Assembly: GCF_006345805.1 (NCBI RefSeq)
Contig: NC_042997.1
Coordinates: forward strand, 18,724,001-18,788,000
DNA length: 64,000 nt
From: Octopus sinensis
Taxonomy: Eukaryota
Direction of reading: 5' to 3'
The position numbers and the translations under genes are program-made. A model generated the notes under the pieces. The model did not search any database. It had not been told where the DNA came from and worked only from the letters and a program-made list of their open reading frames with translations. Shown here in pieces: positions 52,397 to 64,000 of this stretch; within the stretch, counting starts at the first letter, position 1; every line of letters begins with the position of its first letter.

Positions 52397-52602
52397 AAAA
52401 CGATTTCTGTTCAATCTTCGTTCAACTCCATTTCTTCAATTCACTAAAAATATTAAAATTCAATTATCCGCACCAACGCACGGTTGCAACACCATATGGT
52501 TGTACCTCCAACCGTGCTGTCTTCTGCTGTGATTTTTGCTACCAAGGTATCGGTTAAACTTTTGATTAATCTGCAACAAGATTATTCATCTTTCTATTTC
52601 GC

Positions 52603-52652
<50 letters not shown>

Positions 52653-52698
52653 ATATGTATATACATATATATGTCTGTGTGTGTATGGACATGTAGAT

Positions 52699-52794
<96 letters not shown>

Positions 52795-52932
52795 TAGAGG
52801 TAGAAAGATTTATAGATATTATTATATAGATATATATTAAAAACAGAATGAACAAGCAAAACATGTATCACTTTAGAACATTTTATTGATAATTTAAACA
52901 TTGTGCAGAGTAGCAATAGTAAATAGGTAAAG

Positions 52933-53027
52933 TTTCTTACATATGTTTCAAGAATAACTAAGCTTGTGGATCTTATATTATTGATTAAAGATTTACATGT
53001 CAGTCAGGTATTCCATCATCAGAGAGA
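52933..53027 (-). ncRNA. Hammerhead-like motif in an adjacent, unrelated pLTR-like unit (about 52830-53165)
   Basis: tct-CTGATGA-t-ggaata...tattct-t-GAAA-c-atat-GTA-aga. Confidence 0.55.
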
Positions 53028-53967
53028 CAGAGAAATATGGAATATCCTTAATCTAGGATATTATTAGTTACCACTTCATTGAGAAATTAAGGAATGTCCA
53101 AAGTAAAAGATAATATTGGTTGGTTGATCCAGGATCAAAAGATTAAGAATATCCATAATAAAAGACAGGGTCCTCATCATCATCATCATCATGTAACATT
53201 CTCCATGTTGGTACAGACTGGACAGTTCAATAGAAACCAGTGAACCAGAGGACTGTGTCAAGCTCCAGTGCCTGCTTCTGCATGGTTTCTACAGTTTGAT
53301 GCCTTTCCTAACACCCACCACTTAACAGAGTGTACTGGGGTATATTTCTTTCATAGCAACAGCTCTAGTGAGGTCACCAAGTGATTAACTTATAAGACAG
53401 AACTTCTTGAAACAGTTGGAGGGAAAGAGTGGTGATGCAAGGGAGGTGACTTTATGTTGAGTGTAGAGAGGCTAGAGTATAAAAGAGGAACTGAAAGAAG
53501 TGTCTTGCAGTTGAAGAGATACACAACTACCCAAGCTGAAAAGGGAGAAAAGTGGTACAGATAAGGTATCAGGATGTGTCCTCAAAGTACAAAGTAAGTG
53601 GCTAGAGAGAGACTAGGGACAAAGAATTGAGAGTGGGAGAGTGGGTACGAGAGTATGAAAAAAGAGTGACATGTAGTCAGAGATGGAGATTAAGATCATT
53701 GTAATGAATGGTGAACAAGATATGAGCATGGTCAATAGTGAATCACAGTTTGGCTGGGAACATAAAAGTTGGAGTGGTCAGGGAGCAGGAGGTGATAGGT
53801 GACAGTACATAAAAGGGGGAGGAGGGGAGTATAAAGAAACCATAGCTAGAGGAGAAATAAGTGAATGATGCTCTAGTGTAGGGAGAAATAGAGATGCACA
53901 GTGATAGAGACAGACATGGAGATCAGAGGTAGGAAGGAAACATGGGGTAACTGACAGAGAGCTGCTT

Positions 53968-54203
53968 AGTGGAGGCACAATGACCCAGTGGTTAGGGCGG
54001 CGGACTTGCTGCTGTAAGATTGCAGTTTCGATTCCCAGACTAGGCATTCTGCGTGTTTATTGAGTGAAAAAACCTAAAGCTCCACGAGGCTCTGGCAGGA
54101 GGTGGTGGTGAACCCTGCTGTACTCTTTCACCACAACTTTCTCTTACTCTTTCTTCCTCTTTCTGTTGTACCTGTATTTCGAAGAGCCAGCCTTGTCACA
54201 CTC
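53968..54203 (+). mobile_element. SINE family B, 5' portion
   Basis: Matches the reverse complement of 5345-5583. Confidence 0.85.
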
Positions 54204-54427
54204 TGAATACCAGCATTTCCTCTCCATGCCACTGGTGTTATCCAAGGGAAAGGCAAAGCCTGATACTGTTTGGTACTAGTGATGTGGCAATTCATTTCTG
54301 CATCTGAGTGAACTGGAACAATGTGAAATAAAGTGTCTTGCTCAAAAACACAACACACAACCCAGTCCAGGAATCACACTCACTACCTCATGATTGTGAG
54401 CCCAACACTTTAATCACTGAGCCATGA
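54204..54427 (-). mobile_element. SINE family C, partial
   Basis: Homologous to 63750-63970. Confidence 0.8.
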
Positions 54428-54469
54428 GCATATATATACATACACACACACACATATATATATATACAC

Positions 54470-54801
<332 letters not shown>

Positions 54802-55473
54802 ATGTACAACTCTGGCTTTCCACATAAATATATAACACACTCATACTCTGACTGAGAGTTTATTCTCTCTCTCTCTCTATCTCTAAGTTAAATGCAACCT
54901 GACTTTTCTCTCAAACATTTACAATCCCCCATATTATGTTATAACAAAGCTAAAAATATATTGTGATATGGAACAAACTTCTTGCTATCATACATACAAT
55001 GGTTGTAGCATCTACTACTGAACACAAGTGATAGACAAGAGAAAAAAAAATATGCTGCTATTTCAGAAATATAATACAATAACAGTAGCAGGTTTTGAAC
55101 TTGTAATCTTATGCATCATTAGTTCAGTAACTTCACCATTCAGTGATCATCTTGCTTATATAAGTAGAGCTAGAATTCTCTTCTATTGCAAACAATATCA
55201 AGAATTACAAACATGCTGTAAAATACTAAATATATTCATATATTTCTAAACAAAATTGCCCATGTCTGTAAAACTATTTGCAAGCTGCTTTACTTTCTTG
55301 GAAGTACCAATTGTATTCCTTACCAATTCCATTGATTATTTACTTTTCCAGCAGGGAAAACATACATTTCACATGATGCAACTAAATTTTTTCTTTTTCT
55401 TCTTTTTGTTGTTAGTTGTTTATTATTATTATTATTATTATTAATATTATTTTTATTATTATTATTATTATTA

Positions 55474-55507
<34 letters not shown>

Positions 55508-56287
55508 GAATATGCTTTTCTTTTTTTTTTTTTTATAAGATTTTTTTTCTCTCTTGCACTTGGAAATCTTTAGTTTGCTGAGCCATGCAAAACAGCTTTT
55601 GCTTTTTTGATATTTCATTGTTTGTTAATATCTGGTGTTTACTTGAATGTAAATATGGCATCACGGTTCAACAGCTCATTGATAAAAGTGTGTGAAAATC
55701 TGCAAGGAAGGCTTATGGTTTATAGCATTTTTATTCTATTCTATTTTATATCATCTATTTTTTTTTTGTGTGTGATGAATTAAATCTCTGTGTGATTTCA
55801 TGAAGAAAATAAGTTTTGAATTGATAATAAGACCAAAAACCTTGAGCAGAGACAGAAGAAAGAACAATTTGAAAATCAGTTTAACACATAAGTTGTTCAA
55901 AAAGCATGAAAGATATTGCATTTAGCCATACTTCTTGATATATCATTTATTGTGTGTATGTTTTATCTTTTATTTTTAAAATGGAGGTAAAATGCCTCAG
56001 AGAAAAGAGTATTCAAAGTACTGTTTGTGGGGTAGTAGTAATGGCAGTGTTATTAACAACACAAAAATAATAATACATAATAACAATAATATATATAATA
56101 ATATTGATATGATAATAGAATTTATGGTAAAGTAGTTTTTATCTTTATTCTTGTTATGCCATGAGGTGAACAGCTTCTTATAATTCCTCTGATTAATATT
56201 TGGTGGGATGATTCTGCTATTCACGTCATAAGCATCAAACAATTTCAAGAATTTTTTATCTATTTATTTATTCATTAATTCATACAA

Positions 56288-56327
<40 letters not shown>

Positions 56328-56330
56328 GTT

Positions 56331-56419
<89 letters not shown>

Positions 56420-56433
56420 CATCATTATTATTA
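56288..56433. repeat. (TAT)n(CAT)n(TAT)n microsatellite
   Basis: Direct reading. Confidence 0.95.
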
Positions 56434-57528
56434 TCTCATTAGTTTGCTTTTTATTAAGATGGTATCTGCAAGTAATTATCATATATTCCTTCGTCAATAG
56501 ATGCTCAACCTGTTTGGCCAAATGCAGAAATATGAGATGATTCTCATTAAATTTTCATGTATGAATTCCAAATAGATGCTTAAAAATTGTTTAGTTTTAA
56601 TTCTTGATGAACAGTAGGTGAAAGTTTTTAAAAAAACCTGAAATGCCAACATTTAACTAAGTGTTTGTTATCAATACAATATCTTAAATTAAAGCATCAG
56701 AGTTAAATTCAATGATAATGCCTTCAAATTGTACTTAAAGTTATTTCTTTTGACAAGGTATGAGGCCTTGGATTTATAGAGCAAATAAATGGGAGTATAT
56801 AGCATTTATGACTTTCAAAAGAATTCTAGTAATGCAAACAATGGGAAATGATTTCAACCAAAACTTAAAAGCCTGTGGGAGGCAAATTCTGCTGTATGGC
56901 ATTTACTGTATGTGCTTAAATTACTATTTTCTTTTAATAAGCTCAAATAAATCAAAATGCATTGAGCATTATTTTTTTAAAAATAGAAATGTCCAACAGT
57001 TTTTAAATATACAAATAAATTAAATGATAATGAAAAGCATACTTTTAAATTATTTATCTTCACCAGTTTGAAGAAATGATACTTAATGTAAGATATGACA
57101 AGTTTCCTTATTATTTTACAAGAATAATCTTATTCCCAAATTCATAATAGATCACATTCTGACTATAGGTAATATAGTGTGAAGATTAGACAAAAGATTT
57201 GACTACTTACCTATATACCTATCTACTTAGCCTCTTCAATAATTAGAACTACTCCTATATCTTATATCACTGTCCCCTAAATGTTCCCATTTGGCAACTC
57301 ACTTTTTCTACTAGTGGTAATGGTATTTTAAAGTCATTAAAAGACTTAAGCAAATTTTATATTGTTAAAAGGATTCAAGTAAGGCCCTTAGTTTGAAGAT
57401 AATATAGTCCTTTGATGTACATAACCTGAGTAGTTGGGGAAAAGTTTCCAGGTACATCATAGCAACAAGAACAAAGAGCAACATCTCAGCCCATTTCCCT
57501 ACTGGCTAGTACATATGCTGGCATTTAA

Positions 57529-58374
57529 CCCTTTCGTTACCAACCCAGCTGAAACTGGCTCTGGTTCTGAGTACAAATGGGCAACGTTTCGGTTGTCGTA
57601 GCACAAGTTTCCGTCGATTTCCGTAAAAAACTTTTATTTTTTTACATAAGTAATGAGAGTGAAAGAGACTAAGAGGAAGCGATTTTATGATGAGGAAGTT
57701 TCTCTTTGAAGTGTGTGCGTATGTGTTTGATGGGGTGTGGGAGACAGACAGTATGTTGTGTAAGTGAAGTGCTTCTGTTAGTGTGTGTGAAGAGACAGAG
57801 AGAGTAATGTGTGAAAGAGAGAGATAACTGAAATTTTTTACTCAGTGTATGTGTATATGTATGTATGCATGTATGTGTGTGTGTATGTATCTATGTATGT
57901 GTGTGTGTGTAAGTATGTATGTGTGTATGTATGGCCGATTCATCGTAATTACGATGAATCGGCCATACATACATACATACACACACACATACACACACAC
58001 ACATACATACACACATACATACACACACACATACATACACACACATACATAGATACATACACACATACATACACACACACATACATAGATACATACACAC
58101 ACACATACATACACATACATAGATACATACACACACACACATACATGCATACATACATATACACATACACCGAGTAAAAATTTCAGTTATCTCTCTCTTA
58201 CAAATGTCTTGTTTTCATAAGTTTTGAATTAAAATCTTCCACCAAACCCTAGTCACAATTTATATTCCTAACACTAGCTGAATGATAACTAAGTTACTTT
58301 ACTAAATCCTTTGTTATATTTAAAGTAATTGAAAGAGACAAGAGCATCTCAAAATAAATACAATAACAAAAGGT
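57529..58374. mobile_element. piggyBac-type MITE interrupted by a 619-bp insertion
   Basis: TTAA|CCCTTTCGTTAC ... ATAACAAAAGGT|TTAA (right TIR has 3 mismatches). Confidence 0.7.
57816..58198. repeat. Zero-spacer palindrome with microsatellite-containing arms
   Basis: Centre at 57948/57949: ggccgattcatcgtaa|ttacgatgaatcggcc. Outer arms agagagagataactgaaattttt.actc.gtgtatgtgtatatgtatgtatgcatgtatg are mirrored. Confidence 0.95.
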
Positions 58375-58899
58375 TTAATCACATGCTTCTTTTTAGTGAG
58401 GTTCATCAAAGTTCACTGATCTCCAGCTAGGCTACTCACAGGGACAGAAGTAATGGTTTGTAACAGCTTATAAAACTTCAGTTTCCCTTTCTCTTCTACC
58501 AAACTATTTATTTTCAAAATCTTGATAAAGTCCCATAAAAAATTGGACAATTATCCCACCGCTAAACCAATTTCAGTCCATGAGTTTCAGTCCAAACCTT
58601 ATCCAAGCAATCTCTCCAACTATCATCCTCGTACTACCATGTAAAATATGAATTATATTCCTGTTAGAAACATAACTCCATCAGACACAATATCTAAGCT
58701 ATGTCTGTAAAATCCCATCACTTAAACAATTACTTCAACACCCAAAGACTCCCATTTATTTAAGCTTAAATTCATTCGTCTGTATTCATCTAAGTTTTAA
58801 ATCTTTACCATCCACTTACTTCTCTCATCCATAATACCATCTTTCATTTTCTGTTGAGGACATTTATCACTACACACAATGAAACTGCTCTGAAGCTCT

Positions 58900-59850
58900 C
58901 CACCATTGTACCGATCTCACTGCTACTAGTACACAATTACCAAGCACAAAAATATCTGCAATCACTTCAACATAATAAGAAACCGGTATCCAAGTTATAT
59001 ATCTGCTATTATCTTCAAACAGTTCACTTCTGAGCTTGCTATGATGATCCCTAAATTCATGACTTATCTATAAGCATCTGTCCAAATCTACAGAAATGTA
59101 TGACACTGTAACCTCTTTGACTCTAACAGGTAGTCATGAGGTATCACCAACTTGCAGTAATTGAAGCAGTGGATCAAAACATGGTTATGTTTCCACACAT
59201 TTTTTTTTTTACTATTGCTGACCTGATTACTTTTTTAACTGCATTTTCTCCCATACTTAAATATGTAGATGACTGATTCCTTCATTTTTCTTAACCTTGG
59301 ACATATAGTTTTCATCACCTGTAATATAGACATCTCACAGAAAACATGCATTAATTCCATGGACAGAGATTTCAAAAACATATTCCAACAAATGCATAAC
59401 AATCTGCCTACATTCAACAACATATACAATCATTGCATACATGAAAAGAATGTTCATGCAATGTATCATCACAATATGCAACTAACCAACAATATTTAAT
59501 GATCTCATCTTTCAGGGCAACCTCACATATACAATGCTACCAATCTGGAATTTCAAAGACTAGGCTTCATCTTTAGGAACAGAAAATAAATTTACAAAAT
59601 CCAGTGGTGGCTGATTGCCAAAAGTTAAACATCAACACAGTACAACCATTAATCCACAAATAATCTGTTACTTTCTACTATTTCAATCTACTCTGCTCTT
59701 CTAAGCTAGCAAGCATCTGACCTGGTCAAAATGATGTCCAACCTATCCATCTCTTGTTAACTCTCCATACCAACCAATATGCTGAATCATTTTCACCCAT
59801 CACTGAGGTTCAAAGAAATGGTTTTTCTTACAGTTATAGCCTTACAAAGT
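58900..59850 (+). pseudogene. Very decayed L2/Crack-like LINE RT remnant
   Basis: IIFKQFTSELAMMIPK resembles VLKKCAPELAPILSK, and a weak D..K.F..xH motif lies near 59360. Many stops. Confidence 0.3.
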
Positions 59851-61619
59851 TCAAAGTGAACATCATGGGCATTGATCTAATTGGTCTGGTTGAAAAAGGG
59901 ACGAACTCTCATCTCTGATGATCATGATTAAATTGAAGAGTTGACTTGGGTGAAGTTTAGCTTTATATCTAATTGATATTTACTGGTAAATGCTAAGGAG
60001 AAGTAAGCCCTAGATACTCAAAGTTTGCAAAACATATGGGTTCTGATTGGAACCATCAGTAACAGGGAGAAGCATGGATATTTCTATTCCCCACTTAAAC
60101 ATTGCTGATTTCTTTCCATGCATTTGATGTTGAGTGGAAGCTCAGATTGGGATGGATAATATCAAGTAATTTTTCCCTTGATACACACAAAAATGATACC
60201 TTCATTATTGACACCTTAACAATTCACTGGTTTGTGAAAGACTTGAACTTCCAAATACATCTTTCAAAGATGAATTCCTCCATATTACCTAAACATTTAT
60301 TTACTCATCCATATGTTCAATTTAGAAGTAAAGCAACTGAAAATTAACTGTGTAAACAACTATTGTTAGCTTCTCAAAATGATACATCATGTCATAGGAG
60401 AGGCAGTTTCAAGTGTGAGAAATGTAGTGCATAAAGATAAAAGTTGTTTCATTCAACTGTTAAGGCCTATGAGAATAACAATATATCCTGCGGGTTGCAG
60501 GTTCATTAGTGGTATCCAAATTAGACATGTGTCTGTGTATTTCTCAAACAATCAGCTACAGAAAGAAAGAGCACACCATTATGAAGGCTCTGAAAATTAA
60601 ATAAAAAAAGCAACATATGCTCATTAGATGTCCATTGATCAATAAATTAGAGGATGAATCAGCAGAAAAGAGGAGGGGTTGAGAAAGATGGGAACGACTA
60701 AATTCATTTTGCTTTTACTTGTGTACATAGGCTCTTCTTTGTCCATTAGTAACTAAGATTATTTAGTGTGTCTGCTGATAATTATATTCACACATTTTGA
60801 ATAGGACTCAGAATATCATGCTACCACTAGTTTCTATTCCTAGCATTTTGGTTCAGGGTTCTATTCAAATATTCAATTGTTCTTGTCATTTGACCACTTT
60901 CTCCATAATTCATTACCTTTTTTTTAATTTATATTTTTTGACATTCACTTAGCTAAACTTACATGGGTAGAATTGGTTTATATCTGAATATTTGAATGAA
61001 TGTTTTTCATACTATGACAAAGATGTAAATGGCTGATGTACTTTTCCTAACAACAACCACTAAATTGTATAAAGAACAATGATACCTAATTTACAGAGAG
61101 GTTCATAAGAGAAAGCATTCCTTTAATTAAGCTGTATGTTACAATAAAAGAGCTGTAGAAATATTTCACCCTATAAATGAAGAACCCTTCTGTTCTTTCT
61201 TTACATAGTCCTTGTTATAGATGACAATGATATACCATTATAATTATGTACGAAAATAAACTTTGTTGAGGCGGGGATGTGGGCAAATTGAAGCCATTAT
61301 ATCAATAGTACTTATCTTAGCAACTCATCAGTAGTTTTAATCAATAAAAGAATTATAATTGTTAATGCAACAGAAAATAATGCAATTGTAGCCCTTATTG
61401 AGGTGACAGAACTACCTGTTACATCAAAGTACAGCAAAAGTAAGGACTGAATGATAAATAAAATGACTGTTTCTGCAAGGCCCTCTTACATATATGGTGT
61501 GGAAGAGAGATGACTGAACTGGAACAAAGATGTTATGCAAATGGAGGAAGACAGATCAGTACAGAAGTACCAAGCAATGCAAGTGGGAGGAACCTGCAGG
61601 TAAAATATAACGTAAAACA

Positions 61620-61905
61620 TGGGAATGCCAGGGCCACCTTGATTGGCTTCCATGCCGGTGGCATGTAAAAAGCACCAATCCGATTGTGGCTGTTGCCAGC
61701 CTCGCCTGGCACCTGTGATGGTGGCACGTAAAAAGCACCCACTACACTCAGAGTGGTTGGCATTAGGAAGGGCATCTAGCTGTAGAAACACTGCCAGATC
61801 AGACTGGAGCCTGGTGCAGCCTTCTGGCTTCCCAGATCCTCGGTCGAACCGTCCAACCATGCTAGCATGGAGAACGGACGTTAAATGATGATGATGATGA
61901 TGATG
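61620..61905 (+). mobile_element. RTE LINE 3' terminal fragment
   Basis: Two taaaaagcacc units, conserved terminus, (GAT)n tail. Confidence 0.88.
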
Positions 61906-62529
61906 GGAAGAAGCAGTTAAAGTTGATCTCAAAAGAGGAAACCTCAGGAATATGACAAAGCACTGTAAGAAGTGCTGAGGTACTCTACTAGAAAGACTCA
62001 ATCTACTCCATTTCAGTAAAGAACAATAAGTATGTGATGATGTAGGGATAACAAGCATATAAGTGTTGTTACCAAGCTAAGATGTAGTGTTCAAATCCTG
62101 CATGTGATGTTACAACATTTTTCCATCTTATTCATTGATATCATTAAGTATATAATACTATAACTTGAATACTGTGTGGACTTAGATTGCAGTTGATAAA
62201 TCAATATCATGTTAAGGTAGCTATTTAATTAAAGAGCTAATTTAAGTGGTAAAGGGTTGAGACATTGTTTCATTGTAGTGGTTAACACAACTGTATAGTT
62301 TACAGTAGTCATGGTGTTTGAATTCCACAGGTGATGCTACAAAATGTTTCCATCTTATGTACGTGTGTATGTATGTGTATGTCATTATTCAGTTTTATGT
62401 CAAGATTTCTTGCAAATAGAGAGAGCCTGTTTCTAACCAAGATCCAAGGCATCTTTATTGGAATTTCAACAACATAAACAGAGTATTTTTGTATGTATAT
62501 ATGCACACATGCAAGTTTGTATGTTTTGT

Positions 62530-63618
62530 TTTATGTATACATTCTCATGCATATACTTGCATATCTAGACATGCTCATATATACTTAAAAGATAAACTTC
62601 TGGAAAACTTTACAGATTTTTATAGTTCCAGTGATGGATTGGATCTGTAATCTTCAAATCAGCTTTCTCCTTTCTGGTTTTAAGAAGCCCAACTTCTCAA
62701 GATCAATACTTAGGCACTTTGTGTTACATGTCTCAGTGCGCCAATGAGTACAGGTATAACTTGAATTTGTAATCTGAATGGAGTAACTGCAAATTTCTCA
62801 ACAGTTCAGCATAGGTATTTTATTTTCCCCTGAACTTTAGCTTTATGTTAATATACATGTTAACATGTGCCAGTGGCATGTAAGAGCACCCATTAAACTC
62901 TCAGAGTGTTTGGCACTAGGAAGGGCATCCAGCTGCAGGAACCATGCCAAATCAAACTGGAGTCTGATGCTAGCTTCCAGCTTGCCCTGGTCAAACCGTC
63001 TAACCCATGCCAATCATCATCATCATCATCATCATTTAACGTCCGCTTTCAATGCTAGCATGGGTTGGACGGTTCAACTGGGGTCTGGGAAGCCCGAAGG
63101 CTGCACCAGGCCAGTCAGATCTGGCAGTGTTTCTACAGCTGGATGCCCTTCCTAATGCCAACCACTCCGAGAGTGTAGTGGGTGATTTTATGTGCCACCG
63201 ACACAGGTGCCAGACGAGGCTGGCAGACGGCCAGTAGATGTTAAATTAGGATGATAATGACGATGCTGGACAGCTGATTTCCACAACTGTAGTTTTTGTT
63301 CTGTATCCCAAATCATTATGTCGGGTCTATTGTTTTTACATTTTATTAAGGTTTTTCACTGGGATATTCCCCCAGTATTCCTCTTTAGTATGAATGGCTT
63401 TGGTTTCCACCATATTGTGGGTTTTTATTTCTTTGTCCTTGGGGGTTATCCATCTGATGGATCTCGTTATACAGTGTCCTAGCTGCAACATCATGTCACA
63501 TTGGTAGATAATACCATGATGATATTTTCGGACACCTGCTTATAATCTGGTTGATACCTTGGGTGTTAACACCACAAAGTCTGCATTGGTTGTCACATTT
63601 TTCTGCTTTTCCTGCATT
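62530..63618 (-). mobile_element. R4/Dong-like element (same family as 29005-29900), interrupted by two nested RTE 3' ends (62865-63264)
   Basis: 62540-62850 and 63265-63618 align colinearly with 29005-29300 and 29306-29660. Confidence 0.82.
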
Positions 63619-63619
63619 T

Positions 63620-63980
63620 GTATGTATGTACGTATGTTCTTACTCACAAGACCTTCGGTCATGAATGACCATGGGATTGCACCTAGAAAGTTACTCTCCG
63701 AGGCAGAAGCTTGGGCAAAGTTGTTTGTGGAAGGCCAGCAGTCTCCCATGCATACCGGCCTCCCCTCTCCACACCACTGATGTTATCCAAGGGAAAGGCA
63801 AAGGCTGATACAGCTTGGCACCAGTGTTGTTGCAACTCATTTCTACAGCTGAGTTAACTGGAGTAACGTGAAATAAAGTGTCTTGCTCAAGAACACAACA
63901 CACAGCCTGGTCTGGAAATCAAACTCATAACCTCACGATCATAAGCTCGACACTCTAACCACTGAGCCATGAGTCTTCAC
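63620..63980 (-). mobile_element. tRNA-derived SINE family C, near full length
   Basis: Head gtgaagactcatggctcagtggttagagtgtcgagcttatgatcgtgaggttatgagtttgatttcc, then gtgttcttgagcaagacacttt. Confidence 0.82.
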
Positions 63981-64000
63981 AAGACCAAGTGCACCAATTA

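Larger units (their letters stand above)
51170..52605 (+). mobile_element. 5'-truncated Penelope-like element: GIY-YIG endonuclease plus long 3' region with hammerhead-like motif
   Basis: GIY-YIG ORF remnant, downstream hammerhead-like motif, (TA)n on both flanks. Confidence 0.8.

Overview
AT-rich, microsatellite-dense eukaryotic DNA, intronic or intergenic. The repeat landscape looks like an octopus/cephalopod genome; this is an inference from recalled repeat families, not a database result. I cannot support any host protein-coding gene, and almost all listed ORFs are translated microsatellites or transposon relics. The window holds at least four tRNA-headed SINE families and many RTE-clade LINE 3' ends with a variable internal tandem array and (GAT)n tails. 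It also has R4/Dong- and Hero-type restriction-like-endonuclease retrotransposon relics, a CR1/L2-type LINE 3' end, mariner (DD34D) and maT-like (DD37D) fossils, three MITEs, and a Penelope-like GIY-YIG fragment. The most notable signal is a set of minimal type I hammerhead-ribozyme-like motifs (CUGANGA...GAAAC-palindrome-GUH) in several unrelated short elements. These mostly sit in (TA)n tracts and often form long inverted repeats, suggesting Penelope pLTR or retrozyme-like units. The best motif, at 14565-14653, has an intact core. Other highlights are a zero-spacer palindrome inserted with an 8-bp direct repeat inside a piggyBac-type MITE, an 89-bp perfect hairpin, and a SINE/LINE 3'-tail match with a covarying stem. 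All alignments were done by eye.
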